From positions 1-64,000 of the forward strand of contig CAVYYI010000004.1 in NCBI GenBank assembly GCA_963772725.1: a DNA stretch of 64,000 nt, written 5' to 3'. The notes under the pieces are model-generated. The model ran no database searches. It had not been told where the DNA came from and saw nothing but the letters and a program-made list of their open reading frames with translations. Shown here in pieces: positions 41,311 through 52,659 of this stretch. Within the stretch, counting starts at the first letter, position 1, and each line of letters begins with the position of its first letter. Both the position numbers and the translations under genes were made by a program. Source of the stretch: an uncultured Phycisphaerales bacterium (GTDB lineage Bacteria > Planctomycetota > Phycisphaerae > Sedimentisphaerales > Anaerobacaceae).

Positions 41311-41881
41311 TTTCATATCTCCAAAAAATTTTACTTTCACACCATGTGAATTTAGATACAATTATAGACGTATCAGGCACACGATTTATTTCAAACGCCT
41401 GAAAATTAAAAACCCCATTAATTATAGGTTAGTATTATTATAATATTCAATAAAAAAATAGTATTAGTAGTAATATAGCCTGTCAGATTGTGAAATTATG
41501 AATATTATTTTTTATAACATATTACAATATAAGGGGTTATAGAAAATACCCAGCATTTTTTTGTAGTGGATAACCGGTTAAATTCAACGAGTTTTCTTAT
41601 GTCGTATCGATTGCAAAGCTTTCGGGCCAGCCAGGGCTGTTGAGTATTAATACAAATTAACAGGGCAATTAACAAGTCTTCCACAACGGCAGGGTCTTAT
41701 AAATAACCCCAAAAAACGATTATAAAGACATTAAGGAGTATAGCGATAGTCGAAAAATGCTTATGTCTGTACAGGAAAAAAATTAAGCCCTGCCGAAAAA
41801 TCGCCGAAGTAATCCAAATGTATAAAAATATGGGGTTTTTCATTAAATTTAACCAAAAATCTGTGCAGCAGGGGTGTTTTG

Positions 41882-43498
41882 ATGGGCAATAATGAGCATA
41901 TTACTGAACGAACAAAGAGTTGTTTAAGGTTGCAGACAAAGTTGAGCATCAGCTTTTCGGTTCTGACGATATTTATTTCGGCGATACTTACTTTTGCTCT
42001 GTATATGACGGTTCGAGGCCAGTTATATCAGGACATTCGTCAACGCCTTTTTGATATAGTCAATATCGCCGCTATGCAAATAGATGGCGACTGCGCATGC
42101 GAGTCTGACTGACCCCAATCAGGAAGGCAATGCTGTTTATATGCGCATTAAAAATATTCTGCAGAACATTCGCAGCAGGGGACCCGATATTCGCTTTATT
42201 TATACATGGCGTAAAAACGCGAGCGGGCAAATGACTTTTATCGTAGATGCCGAGACAGACCCCAATGAAATTTCTCATCTGGGCGAAGTTTACAGCACGC
42301 CGAACCCGCTTTACTGCAAAAACTCGCTAATCTTGATAGTGGACAGGTAGATGAGAAATTTACCTCTGATAAATGGGGCGTATGGCTGTCGGGCTATGCG
42401 CCTTTCTACAGGTCTGATGGACAAATGGAGGGGATATTGGGCATAGATATCGCCGCCTCCAAAGTGATAGCCAAACAGCGGCATTTTTTATGGGTAGCAT
42501 TAGGGATTTTTACTGCCGGCATCCCCTTTGCGATGATATTCGGGTGGTTGTTTGGTCGGACGCTGGCCGCTCCTATTGTCCGATTGACAGAAAGCATCAA
42601 ACGTATCGCAAAAGGTGACCTGAGTCATCGGGTTTCCATAAAAAGTAATGACGAAATCGGTATTCTGGCCAAATCTTTTAACGAGATGACCGAGAACCTG
42701 CAAAAGGGAACCGCCCTTGAGTACGAAATTGTCGAACGCAAAAAAGCGGAGGAAAAGCTGCAAACAACAGTGAACAAGCTAACTATTGCCAATTCTGAAC
42801 TCGGGGATTTCGCACATATAACCGCTCATGACTTAAAAGCGCCGCTGCGTGTAATCGGTAGCCTGGTTAGTATGATTAGCCAGGACTACGGCGATAAACT
42901 GGATGAGCAGGGAAAAGAATATCTGCGAATGCTTGTGTTGAGGACTCTGAGAATGAGCAAATTTATAAGCGGCATATTGCGTTATTCCGAGATAGGAAAG
43001 GCGGCCAGTGAGAGATGCAAGGTAAATTTGAATGAGGTTGTAGATGAAGTGGTTTACGAGATAACTCCACCTGAAAGTATTGAAATAATCAGGGAAACAA
43101 CACTGCCGACGATTATAGCCGATGAAATACAGATGATACAGGTATTCCAGAACCTTATAGGTAACGCGGTAAAATATATGGATAAGCCGCAAGGCCAAAT
43201 CAGGATAGGCTGCGCCGAAGAGGATGGTTTCTGGAAATTCAGCGTCGCGGATAACGGTCCGGGCATTGATGAAAAATATTATGAAAAGATTTTCAAAATC
43301 TTTCAGACGCTTAACCGCCGCGATGATGTTGAGTCAACCGGCATAGGACTTTCCATAGTTAAAAAGATTGTTGAAATATACAGCGGAAAAGTCTGGGTGG
43401 AATCGAAGCCAGGCCAGGGAGCCACATTCTTCTTTACATTGCCCAAGAGCGAAGCTGCTCCAGCAGAGGAAAAAGAGCTTGTTGAACAGAGCCTCTGA
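41882..43498 (+). CDS. Membrane sensor histidine kinase (Cache-like, HAMP, HisKA), two frameshifts (~42095 and ~42300)
   Basis: IRFIYT, DKWGVWLSGYAPF, AHDLKAPL, FQNLIGNAVK and STGIGL motifs. Confidence 0.88.
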
Positions 43499-43557
43499 TA
43501 ACGCTTAATAATATCGCTTTGAAGTCAGCTAAATTGTGAAATGGCAGGGTTAATGAT

Positions 43558-43761
43558 TTATTGGTAATTGTGCGGTTTGGCGTTTATGATTGCCGCAAGA
43601 AGGATGTGTCTGAGCCGGTCAACGCTCAGGTTATTAAGATAATCCTCGGTGAAATCAAGTCTGAATGAACCTTTGAAATTTTTGATTCTTCGCTTCAACT
43701 CTTCTCTTCCAAGGGTTGCAAGCGTTGTCGCTGTGTGTTCAAAACGTTCACTCGGAGTCAT
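43558..43761 (-). CDS. Small hypothetical protein
   Basis: AAAGG RBS; F.LDFTEDYL....DRLRHILLAA is protein-like. Confidence 0.6.
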   Translation of the reverse strand: MTPSERFEHTATTLATLGREELKRRIKNFKGSFRLDFTEDYLNNLSVDRLRHILLAAIINAKPHNYQ

Positions 43762-43897
43762 ATTCGTACCTTTTCAAATCAATCCTTTATACAGTTCCAA
43801 TCCGACTACTGGCATATCGTTTTGTTTTGGGTGTGACTTCTGTACAAAAATTCGCAGGCCGCCATATTGCAGAAACGGTGCGTTAGTTGCCAAATTT

Positions 43898-43998
43898 TAC
43901 CGCAGAGTTCGCAGAGAACACAGAGGTGTTTGTAATATAAAGACTTATGAAGAGATAAATATTATTTTTCTCTGCGGCCTCAGCGTCCTCTGCCGTTA
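43898..43998. repeat. Intergenic imperfect inverted repeat built from CAGAG units
   Basis: CCGCAGAGTTCGCAGAGAACACAGAG ... CTCTGCGGCCTCAGCGTCCTCTGCCG. Confidence 0.55.
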
Positions 43999-44067
43999 AT
44001 GAAATACGCGGGTTTGCCTGCCAAGAATTTCTTTGTCATTTGCCGTAAGGTCTGATAATTTTGAGTT

Positions 44068-45117
44068 ATGAAGACAAAAGAGTTTGATTATTACCTGCCG
44101 CTGGAGTTGATTGCGCAAAAGCCCGCGGAAGTCCGAAGCGATTCGAAGCTGCTGGTTTTGGACTGCGCGGGGGGCGGAATTTCAGACAGGCGTTTCAGTG
44201 ATATAGGTGATTTTTTGCTGCCGGGCGACTGCCTTGTGCTGAACGACACAAAGGTTGTGCCTGCCCGTTTTTTTGCCCGTCGTCAAACCGGAGGAAAACT
44301 CGAAGGCCTGTTTCTCGAAGAGGTTGAAAATGGCCTGTGGGAAATTATGCTCAAAGGGTCGGGCAAAGTTAAATCAGGGGAAACAATCTTTCTGGTTGAC
44401 CAGTCCAAAAAAGATTTTTGCCAGGCAGAGCTTGTCGAAAAATCTCAGCAAGGCAGATGTAAGATTAGGGTGCACTCAGACATTGAAGTGGAAGCGATTC
44501 TTGAGGAAATCGGTTTTCCGCCTCTGCCTCCTTATATTAAACGTGCCGATGATGCCGAACAGGCCGCTATCGATAAAGTCCGGTATCAGACGGTGTACGC
44601 GGCAAAATCCGGCGCTGTCGCGGCGCCAACGGCAGGGCTGCATTTTACGGGTGAACTGATAAACCGCTTAAAGAATAAGGGCGTTGAATTTGCGTATATA
44701 ACGCTGCATGTTGGGGCAGGGACATTTAAGCCGGTAACCCAGGAGAATCTCGAAGACCATCACATTCATAAAGAGTTTTTCAATATTGACAGAGAAAATG
44801 CCGCTGTAATAAATTCCGCAAAGCAAAAAGGCCGACGAATCATTGCTGTCGGTACAACAAGCATTCGCACTTTAGAGACGCTGGCCCAAGCGGGAAAAAT
44901 CGAGGCTGGTGCCGGCTCAACGCAGTTGTTTATTATGCCCGGTTTTGAGTTTAAGATTGTCGATGCCGTGATAACCAATTTTCATCTGCCCAAATCAACG
45001 CTGCTAGCCCTGGTTGCCGCGTTTACGGGGCTTGAAAATATTCGAGCTGCTTATCAACACGCCATAGAAGAAAAATACCGCTTCTATTCCTATGGCGATG
45101 CGATGCTGATAATCTAA
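44068..45117 (+). CDS. queA: SAM:tRNA ribosyltransferase-isomerase
   Basis: FDYYLP, LNDTKV, PLPPYI, VAAPTAGLHF, TNFHLPKST and RFYSYGDAM motifs. Confidence 0.97.
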   Translation: MKTKEFDYYLPLELIAQKPAEVRSDSKLLVLDCAGGGISDRRFSDIGDFLLPGDCLVLNDTKVVPARFFARRQTGGKLEGLFLEEVENGLWEIMLKGSGKVKSGETIFLVDQSKKDFCQAELVEKSQQGRCKIRVHSDIEVEAILEEIGFPPLPPYIKRADDAEQAAIDKVRYQTVYAAKSGAVAAPTAGLHFTGELINRLKNKGVEFAYITLHVGAGTFKPVTQENLEDHHIHKEFFNIDRENAAVINSAKQKGRRIIAVGTTSIRTLETLAQAGKIEAGAGSTQLFIMPGFEFKIVDAVITNFHLPKSTLLALVAAFTGLENIRAAYQHAIEEKYRFYSYGDAMLII

Positions 45118-45200
45118 ATGTGACGTATCTTAATTTCTATTCGATTTATAACGCCTTGTCAGTTATAGACTTAAGCGAGCTATTTGAGCATATAATCAAA

Positions 45201-46132
45201 TTACATACAGTCTGCCGGTACCAGCTTGCTTTCTTTTATATTTTTGGCTTTCGGAAAAGTGAACGCGGGTTTTTGTTCCAGCAGCGCGTGGCCAAAGTCG
45301 AGCATTGTCTGTATTGCCGAGTTTGGTCACCTCCGGCGGGTTTAGAAACAAATTGGCTATAACTCCCTTGACGCAGCTGAAGAAACCCTCAGACTCTTCT
45401 GTATCACTGATCGACGCCACTTTTATTCCCATGTGCGGAGTCTTTTTTGTTTTTTTGAATGAAAGCGTATTCACCCGTGCAACTATCTGGTTCGATCTGT
45501 TTTCGTACTTATATTGTCCGTCTTTTGGTTTGATATCATAAAGACCGACGGTTACGCAGCTTTTGTGGTCTCGTGCATTGAACTGTAAATCCACCTCGGT
45601 AACGGTTTGCGTAGAGCCGGCTATCGTTCCTTTGACCTCGATGCGGCCGAACCCTTCTCCTTCAAATTTGATATAATCAAGCATATTTGTCAGCGTTTCG
45701 CCCTTTTTCAATTCGCCGATATACATCGCTATCACCCCCGCGGGGTCGAAGGTATTCTTGTGAAAGCCCTTTCCCAATATTTCAAATTCACAGACCAGAT
45801 AGAAGGATTTTGAAGTGACTTTTTTTTCATACGAGATAATACCTACCTGCTGCTCATTATTGGCGCTGGTTTGTCGGTCAACACAGTGTCGGAGATATCA
45901 GCGGAACAAAATACATGAAAGAGGAAATAGGATTTTTTTTGAATTCCTCTTTACTATAGCTCAACAGTACGGTCGGGCCGTTGCTGTCTTTGGCGGGATT
46001 ATTGGCATCCGAATTATTTACGTCCGCCGTGGATTTACCGCCGCTGCTGCTTAAACAATCTTTGGGGTCGGAACCTGATGAGATAGCCGCCATTAAAAGG
46101 AAAATACATACAACCGTTAATTTCATGCCCAT
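45201..46132 (-). CDS. Secreted hypothetical protein, frameshifts near 45885 and 45305
   Basis: Signal peptide at 46132; collinear ORF pieces 45878-46132 and 45196-45777. Confidence 0.6.
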
Positions 46133-46279
46133 ATTTTATCATATAGCGGTATGGTGCACAAGACCGCCCGCTTATCGAAATATTGACATTCTATTTATCT
46201 TGCATAAGGTCGTACTAATGAAGTTGATTGTATAAAACATTGCAGATTTTTAAAGGAATATTTTTATAGAATATATTAT

Positions 46280-46414
46280 GAGACCTCTGAAAAACTATGA
46301 CTTTGAAAAAATCAGAGATTGCCGCGGCCTCAAAGAGGCCACGCAATGACGTAAAAACGCAGATTTTGTCATTGCGAGGAGCGACGAAGCAATCTCAGGT
46401 TTTTCAGAGGTCTC
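46280..46414. mobile_element. 135 bp MITE-like element enclosing a GTCATTGCGAG/GCAATC repeat pair
   Basis: Perfect 16 bp TIR GAGACCTCTGAAAAAC / GTTTTTCAGAGGTCTC. Confidence 0.65.
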
Positions 46415-46525
46415 GTACGTTTATTTTAGGAGATTACTCTCATGGCAACTGGTACAGAAAAATGGAGCAGGTCAGTCTATGGATTATAATCAATCTGTTA
46501 CCCCATTGCACGAGCTTATAAATAA

Positions 46526-46572
46526 TGGGCGGTATAGGACTCGAACCTACGACCTCCTGCGTGTCGAGCAGG
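46526..46572 (-). tRNA. 3' half of tRNA-Val(GAC) (att-like fragment)
   Basis: Reverse complement reads CCTGC-TCGACAC-GCAGG-AGGTC-GTAGGTTCGAGTCCTAT-ACCGCCCA. The D-arm and 5' acceptor strand are missing. Confidence 0.88.
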
Positions 46573-46633
46573 ATCATGGGTTTTCTAACTACTTGTCAAT
46601 AAAGCACTTACGTTTTGTAAAATAAGGACTTAT

Positions 46634-46708
46634 GAACTGTTTTCGAACTGGTCTGGAACTGGATTCAGAACTGTTTTCAGACTGGAATTGCCACAAAACT
46701 GCCACAAA
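46634..46708. repeat. Helically phased repeats next to the tRNA-Val fragment (candidate Xis and integrase arm sites)
   Basis: GAACTG at 46634, 46645, 46656 and 46668; TGCCACAAA twice at 11 bp spacing. Confidence 0.6.
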
Positions 46709-47062
46709 TTTAAGGTTGGCTCTTTGTTAAACTGACACGAATTTATCCGGCATGAAAGGGTTGCATAGTTATGTATCATTTCGGAAATAGCTATGTCAAA
46801 TGACACAGATGTTATTGGCGTAGAGGGCGAAATTCGATATGCCCTCTTTCTGTAACATCATCAAAAACCTGTATTTAGCACTTAACTCTAACCCAAACAA
46901 AGATTTAGACTCTCTCGTTTCTTTACTGTCTCAGCACGATTTTTTACTGTCTTGATACCTATTTTTAGGGCAACTTTAGGGGCAACACTAAAACGAATTT
47001 ATCCTCAATAACATAAAACCGGATACTTGAAAGTCTAACCTTAATGGGATAAATTGTCAACT

Positions 47063-47887
47063 ATGGCAGAAATCAAACTTACTCCTAAAGGACAGCTTTG
47101 CTGGGTTTCGGAGAATGGCGAATCACCCGCGGCCTTTGCTTTGCTGCAGAAAGCGTTTGAGCATGACTGGCGACAAGGAATGTTTATGCTGGCGGCGGAA
47201 AAGGTCGATGTTGCCGGTTCAGCTTCGCTGCGATATATACAGACTATTGCAGTACGTTATCTGACGGGATTATGCCATATCCCCGAATCCGCGGATACGA
47301 TAGCCGTAACACAGCCTGGCGGCGGGGAATTTTCAAGCTGGCTGCTGGCCGCCCCGCCAATGACAGGAGCAGAATATCTTTCTGAAGATGTACTGCGGAC
47401 AATATGGACACAACTGGACCAATGGACGCAAAAAAATATCACTTCTACAGGTAGTTTGAAGTTATTTTTACAGACACAAGCACCGAAATGGCACCAGATA
47501 GGCCGGGTGTGTTTTCATTTGGCAGAAAACAAGGCTGACCATACATATCCGTTTGCATTTTTAGCTACTTATTCCACAGGGTTTGGTGCGGCAGGCAAAC
47601 TCAAACATCTACCGCTCCGCACAGCGATTGAACAATACGCCGGTATGAAAAATCGCAACGTGCTTATCAACCTGCTCTCGCCGGTGCAGCAGACACGGAC
47701 AAGGCTATATGTTTTCTTGAGTTGCTATAAACAGGCACTCGAACAGGCCGTCAAGGACCTGTCGCAGAATCGCAGGTATATAGGTGATGAGCTTTACAAA
47801 AAATATACTGGTGATTTAGACCACCTGAATCAGGAAATAACTGCCGGCAGAATCCGCTGGCTTGGCAAATCAGCCATTACTGATTAG
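47063..47887 (+). pseudogene. N-terminal fragment of an island-type SNF2 helicase fused to an unrelated tail
   Basis: APPMTGAEYL and WHQIGRVCFHLAENK..YPFAFLATY..HLPL..LLSPVQ; no helicase motifs follow. Confidence 0.6.
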
Positions 47888-48726
47888 AAAAACACCCCAT
47901 TCATCAATAATTCTTGTACGGTTCGAGCCATGGTGCGCCTGCGGACGCCCACATACCCGGCGCTGACGCCGCCGGCAACAGTCCATGGGCCCCTCGTATT
48001 AAAAACTTTGGACCATTTTAATGTCCACAGTTCCTTCAATCCAACTTTTCGGTAACTGTTGTCCATAAAAAGAGCGGTCACATAACCAGAGTGCCTGTCT
48101 ATGCAGTTCCATCCGATACCGCTTCCGGCTGACCCTCCGGCACCTTCGTACGGTGGAGGATTATCATACGCGTTAATTGTCCTGGACTGAAAAAAATAGG
48201 CTCCATCTGTAAGAACAGGAATATTGTTGGAATTTTTCTGGTTGGCGGTCTTCCACTTATTCTGATAATTTGCCGCGTTTTCAAAGCTTTGGCAGTACCC
48301 GTTAACTATGTAGCTGACTGAATACTGTTCGTTAATCTTCCAGTACGCGTCCATTACGCCAATTGTGAAAGGATCCGCCGGACATTTGTACACACCAGAT
48401 GTACCTGTTTTCCTATCGCTTGTTGAAGGGCAAATAAGCACTTTCTTATCCTTATAATATGGCTTCAATGCTACATACCACAAATCTTCTCCAAAACTCG
48501 TGGCTCCGTTAACCCACCCAAGCGGATAGGTGTTTTTATTATCTCCCAGGTACATCTCCAAGGCCAGGCTTAATTGTTTACCATTAGACCCGCACGCCAC
48601 GGCCTGTGCCTGTTTCTTCACCTTTGCCAGTGACGGCATCAGGATAGACATCAATAGCGCGATAATCGCTATCACGACAAGCAACTCGATAAGAGTGAAT
48701 CCGTGTTTTCTCGTCATTTTTTTCAT
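47884..48726 (-). CDS. Prepilin-type N-methylation / H-X9-DG (DUF1559-like) protein
   Basis: G|FTLIELLVVIAIIALL, LICPS and RHSGYVTALFMDNS; C-terminus probably frameshifted. Confidence 0.9.
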   Translation of the reverse strand: MKKMTRKHGFTLIELLVVIAIIALLMSILMPSLAKVKKQAQAVACGSNGKQLSLALEMYLGDNKNTYPLGWVNGATSFGEDLWYVALKPYYKDKKVLICPSTSDRKTGTSGVYKCPADPFTIGVMDAYWKINEQYSVSYIVNGYCQSFENAANYQNKWKTANQKNSNNIPVLTDGAYFFQSRTINAYDNPPPYEGAGGSAGSGIGWNCIDRHSGYVTALFMDNSYRKVGLKELWTLKWSKVFNTRGPWTVAGGVSAGYVGVRRRTMARTVQELLMNGVFF

Positions 48727-48755
48727 TTTATTAATACCTCAAAATATATTCGCTA

Positions 48756-48791
48756 AGGGGCCTGTTCATAAACTTCCTCGAACAGGCCCCT
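48756..48791. terminator. 12 bp stem hairpin (terminator or mRNA stabiliser)
   Basis: AGGGGCCTGTTC ... GAACAGGCCCCT. Confidence 0.5.
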
Positions 48792-48821
48792 GTGTTCTTT
48801 AATGCCTATACAAGCAAACTG

Positions 48822-48985
48822 TTACGGCCAGAGAAGTATCTGCCGCCAGTTTTCCGCAAGTTTGGCAAAATCCCTGAAGTCAACCTTGTTATCAACTATC
48901 AAATCAGCGACTGACAACAGCGGCTGATAGACAGACGTCTTCCCGATGAGTTTGACAACCTCAGCCTGTGTAAGCGCATAACCGG
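48822..48985 (-). pseudogene. C-terminal remnant of a dockerin-like-tailed secreted protein
   Basis: GYALTQAEVVKLIG...ADLIVDNKVDFRDFAKLAENWRQILLWP* with no start codon. Confidence 0.65.
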
Positions 48986-49141
48986 CATCCGATCATCTGT
49001 TTTAACGACTCTTCTGTTATAAAAAGTTTTTCAATCGGAAGTTGACAAACTAAGTCTATGTCATATTCGGCCTCTTTCCCGTTTCGTATACCGGCAGTAC
49101 CAGGAATCTTTTGCACATTATAGAATAAACTCTATATTGGG

Positions 49142-49717
49142 TCATGGCTTTTTGCGTTTTTCAGGGTTGAGCCATCTGTCAGCAAAGGCTTTATTCTTAA
49201 TGGTGTCAGGCCAGCCTTTTTCCACCCATCGTATGTACATAAAGGTATTGAACAGCTTGTCCCAGTCCTGGTTTATCACTGTTTCATAGAATGCCGGCTC
49301 GAGGTTCTTAACGCCTTGAGAGTATGAATAGTCCAGAAGTATTTCCTGGCTTTTTCTCGTCAGCGAGTCAAAGGGATGAGCAGGATATTTTTCAGCCATA
49401 TATTGGCGAAGTTCCGTGAGGGTTTTCTCCAGGTCTTTGCGCAACTGCTTTTCAGCTTCTTCTTTAGGCCACCCCTGAGAATAGTACTTCTCATCCAGTA
49501 CCGGCTGACGGTAGCCTATCCTTCTGCCGATAGATAACGAATAGGGATAAAAACGGCCATCGTTCCTTAAACCAAAATCATAAGGATTTGTCGCCGATTT
49601 GATATACTCCACAAATTCATCGGTTATAATGGATTTGTTCGGTAGCCTGTGGGCAGCGGCGCAGGAACTTAGCACTATTGTTCCAGCAATCGCAATTAAT
49701 ATAAACATTTTTTTCAT
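49142..49717 (-). CDS. Lipoprotein with a phage-lysozyme-like (GH24/pesticin) pattern, catalytic Glu absent; copy 1
   Basis: LSSC lipobox; FVEYIKSATN, RIGY, EAEKQLRKDL, FDSL..SQEILLDYSYSQG and VINQDW. Confidence 0.7.
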   Translation of the reverse strand: MKKMFILIAIAGTIVLSSCAAAHRLPNKSIITDEFVEYIKSATNPYDFGLRNDGRFYPYSLSIGRRIGYRQPVLDEKYYSQGWPKEEAEKQLRKDLEKTLTELRQYMAEKYPAHPFDSLTRKSQEILLDYSYSQGVKNLEPAFYETVINQDWDKLFNTFMYIRWVEKGWPDTIKNKAFADRWLNPEKRKKP

Positions 49718-49730
49718 TGTATTATCCCTT

Positions 49731-52644
49731 TCAGAATCTGAGTGTGATAGTTTCGGATTTTTGGATTTTCTGCTTAGCGGTTTCAACTTCAAAGACGCAC
49801 TGGAAATCGCCTTTGCTTTCGTCAATATCAGACGAAAATTCATAAGGAAATATTGCATCGGTCTTTTCCTTCCAAGGGTCATTTCCCTGACGATATTTCA
49901 GTTTCGCGGAAATAACGTTTTCAGGAAGTGCGTCGGTATAAACATAAGATGATGTAAGACCTTTGCCCATCGTGATAAGCATCGCGGTAACTTTGCCGAA
50001 AGGAGCATCGGCTGTAACAAGGCTGTCTTTGCCCAGCGTCACAGCGGTTTTATCGAACATCTTGGCCTGCAGGCGGGGCTTGACCTTTACGCCTTCAATG
50101 GCATAAGCAACTATGCCTTTGGGTGATATTGTGAATTTTACAGTGTTATCAGAAATCTCAATAGTGCCTTTATCTTTGTTATCCTGCCAGATTCGCGCTT
50201 TTATGGGCACCATTGCATTCAACCAAATCTGAATTGAGTGTGATTGTTACATCCTCGGTTTTGAATGACTGGTTCCAGAATGCAAGGTAAAATTTACCAT
50301 TGCCATAGCCGGCGACATAATCAACCTGCTTATTATCCGATTTAAGAAGATGTCTTGGCAGCCATGGCTGAACATTGTTTTCGTCGTAAAACTGTCCCGG
50401 CCTGTCACCATAAACTTTTACCCTAAAACCACTTTCATACATACAGCGGGAAGGAAAATCGATTTGTTTTTCGGAGCGGTTAAAAGCGTCGGAGATTAGA
50501 AAATCCATCACGGCCCCAATCCATTCGCAGGCATGACCGGGATTGAACGTAGAATAGTCTGTCTGGTAAATGTAGTGCATCGGGGCATCCGGAAGCTCCG
50601 CGACAAGAGAATATGCGATAGAGCGAAAATCTCCCGCGTAATTGGCGTATCGTCCCACCATCGCCCATCGCTGCATATCCCGCAAAAAATCGTCTTTGGC
50701 GTAAGCAGCCAGTCGCATGAATTGTCCATGATTGCTAATCCAGTATCCGCCGCGATAAACGTCCAACTGGACACCAACAAGAGATGCTCTCCATGCGGGT
50801 ACCGTCTGTTCCGGTGCATAGAGGTTTTGTGGCGGGGAAAAACCCCAGTCTTCGTGTCTTTGATAAGCATGTCCGTGAATAGGAACCTTGTTGTCTTTAT
50901 CCACCGTTACCATCGCATCGGGTACCATTGGAAACATATTGTATCTGGAAAGGTAATGGTACGCGGATTTTACAGCTCTATTAAGATATTTTTCGTTTTT
51001 CGTCTCTTCATACATCTCAAGCATATCTCTAAAATCGCCGCCATCCTTTGCGACCATGATGGCATCATTTAGATATTCTTTCTTCCCCGTCATCCTGTAC
51101 CTGGCCAGTGAGTCCATGAAATTATATTTTTTGAACCCTTTTTTTCCAGCGTAATACTTAAAAGCGTAAGTGCGGTTTTGGAACATACCCCCAAGCGATA
51201 CCAGCGGGCCGGTATCAGGATAGGGAGAACCAACATCTCTTCTGCCGGCGCTAACCATTCCGGTGTCATAGATATTGTACGGCATAAATACGTTATGCTT
51301 TCTCGACAGGGCAAATTCAATCATCGGCAGAGCCCTGTTTTTGTAAAATTCCTCATCATCGGTTAGAATCGCAGCCGCCAGACCGAACATTGGTGAGAAT
51401 GGCTTGAAAGTACCGGACTGGTCTGACCAGTAATTATAATATTTTTGCTCATTGTGCCACATGCAGTAGTTTTGACCGTCACGGTCGCTGAGATAATCCA
51501 TGATATTTTCAACTGTATTATTAAGCGGACCTGTACCGCTGTTATCTCGCATGTCACGGAAACGATAAATATTTTTGGCGACGTATTTATAAGTTTCTTC
51601 CCAGTTTCCTGGTCGCAAGACATAACGAACAGCGAAATTATAGGTGTCCCCTGAATTCATCCTTGATTCATAACCGCCCATTATCGGAGCAAAAGCCACC
51701 TGACGCAAACCTTCGCTCTTATTTTCCATCATCATCCCGAAGCGGGAATTGCTCTCAGACGCTAAAGAGTAAGTCCATACTCCTTTACTATCCATAACAA
51801 GTCGAAAAGGGCGCTCATTGGGGTCAATCACAAGAACTGAGTTCATTTTCTCAGTGGCAATATGGACCCTCGGCATTGCCATATGTGCCTCGGACATAAC
51901 ATAATTAAATTGGCTGAATCCTCTTTCGGCAGTTTCCTGCGGTACGGGCAAAACTTCCCCCGAATCTACCCATGGCAGACCGGTAAAAGCCGTCGAATAA
52001 AAACCGTCTTTCTTCACTTTCAGACTATATCTTATTTGCGGGTCTCCATCGCCAGTCGGAAGCACAACCTCTGCCGTTAGTGAAAAGTTCGGCTGTTCAT
52101 CAAAAAGCCATGTGATAGAGTTATTGCCGGACGAAGATTTGACAGCTTTCAGTATCGTTTTCTGACCCGCGAGGTATGGATTCATTGTTCCTTTAGCGAA
52201 GAGGCCTTCTGCTCTTTCGATAGCCTTGCCTTCCGCATTTTTATAGACAAATGTACGTTCACCTCTGGAGTTAACGACAATTTTAATATCACCTTTTGCT
52301 CCCAGTAAATCCGTCTCTTTATTGGGAGATTTCGGGTCATTGCTGTAAAACGCCCATCTTTGGGCAAGTGTTGGCATTCGAGGGTAAGGACTGGGTTGAC
52401 GTCTGTCAAACCGGCCGATTCGATTTATCCCGAAACCGAGGTTTCTTTCGCTGTACATAACTATGAATTCCCCGACGAGCTTTTGAACAGGAACATCCTC
52501 TGCTTTTACCTCGATTGAGTTATCTGGCAGCAGTGTCAATTCATATTGCTGGTTTTTCAGCACAGTAGTGCTTTCAGCGATTTTTATGCCGATACAAAAA
52601 GCAGCCAAAAATAATATTAGAAATCTTATATTATGAGTAATCAT
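49731..52644 (-). CDS. Large secreted protein of unknown function (~970 aa), paralog B, +1 T frameshift near 50200
   Basis: Signal peptide; collinear with 58852-61728 over its full length; GCTTTTATGGG here versus GCTTTATGGG in the paralog. Confidence 0.85.
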
Positions 52645-52659
52645 AATTTTCTCCTATAT

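Noticed and set aside
29576..45117. Queuosine/7-deazaguanine DNA-modification island (queG, queA)
   Set aside because: The two genes are about 13.5 kb apart, are ordinary tRNA-modification genes, and no dpd genes are present.
48985..49140. Possible IS end truncating the dockerin-like gene
   Set aside because: No partner inverted repeat or transposase fragment could be identified.
49142..49882. Prophage lysis cassette
   Set aside because: There are no holin or structural phage genes. The proteins have export signals and lack the catalytic Glu. The ORF-track extension to 49882 overlaps the upstream gene.
49731..50222. Separate 163 aa gene
   Set aside because: It is the C-terminus of the 50179-52644 ORF, as the intact paralog shows.
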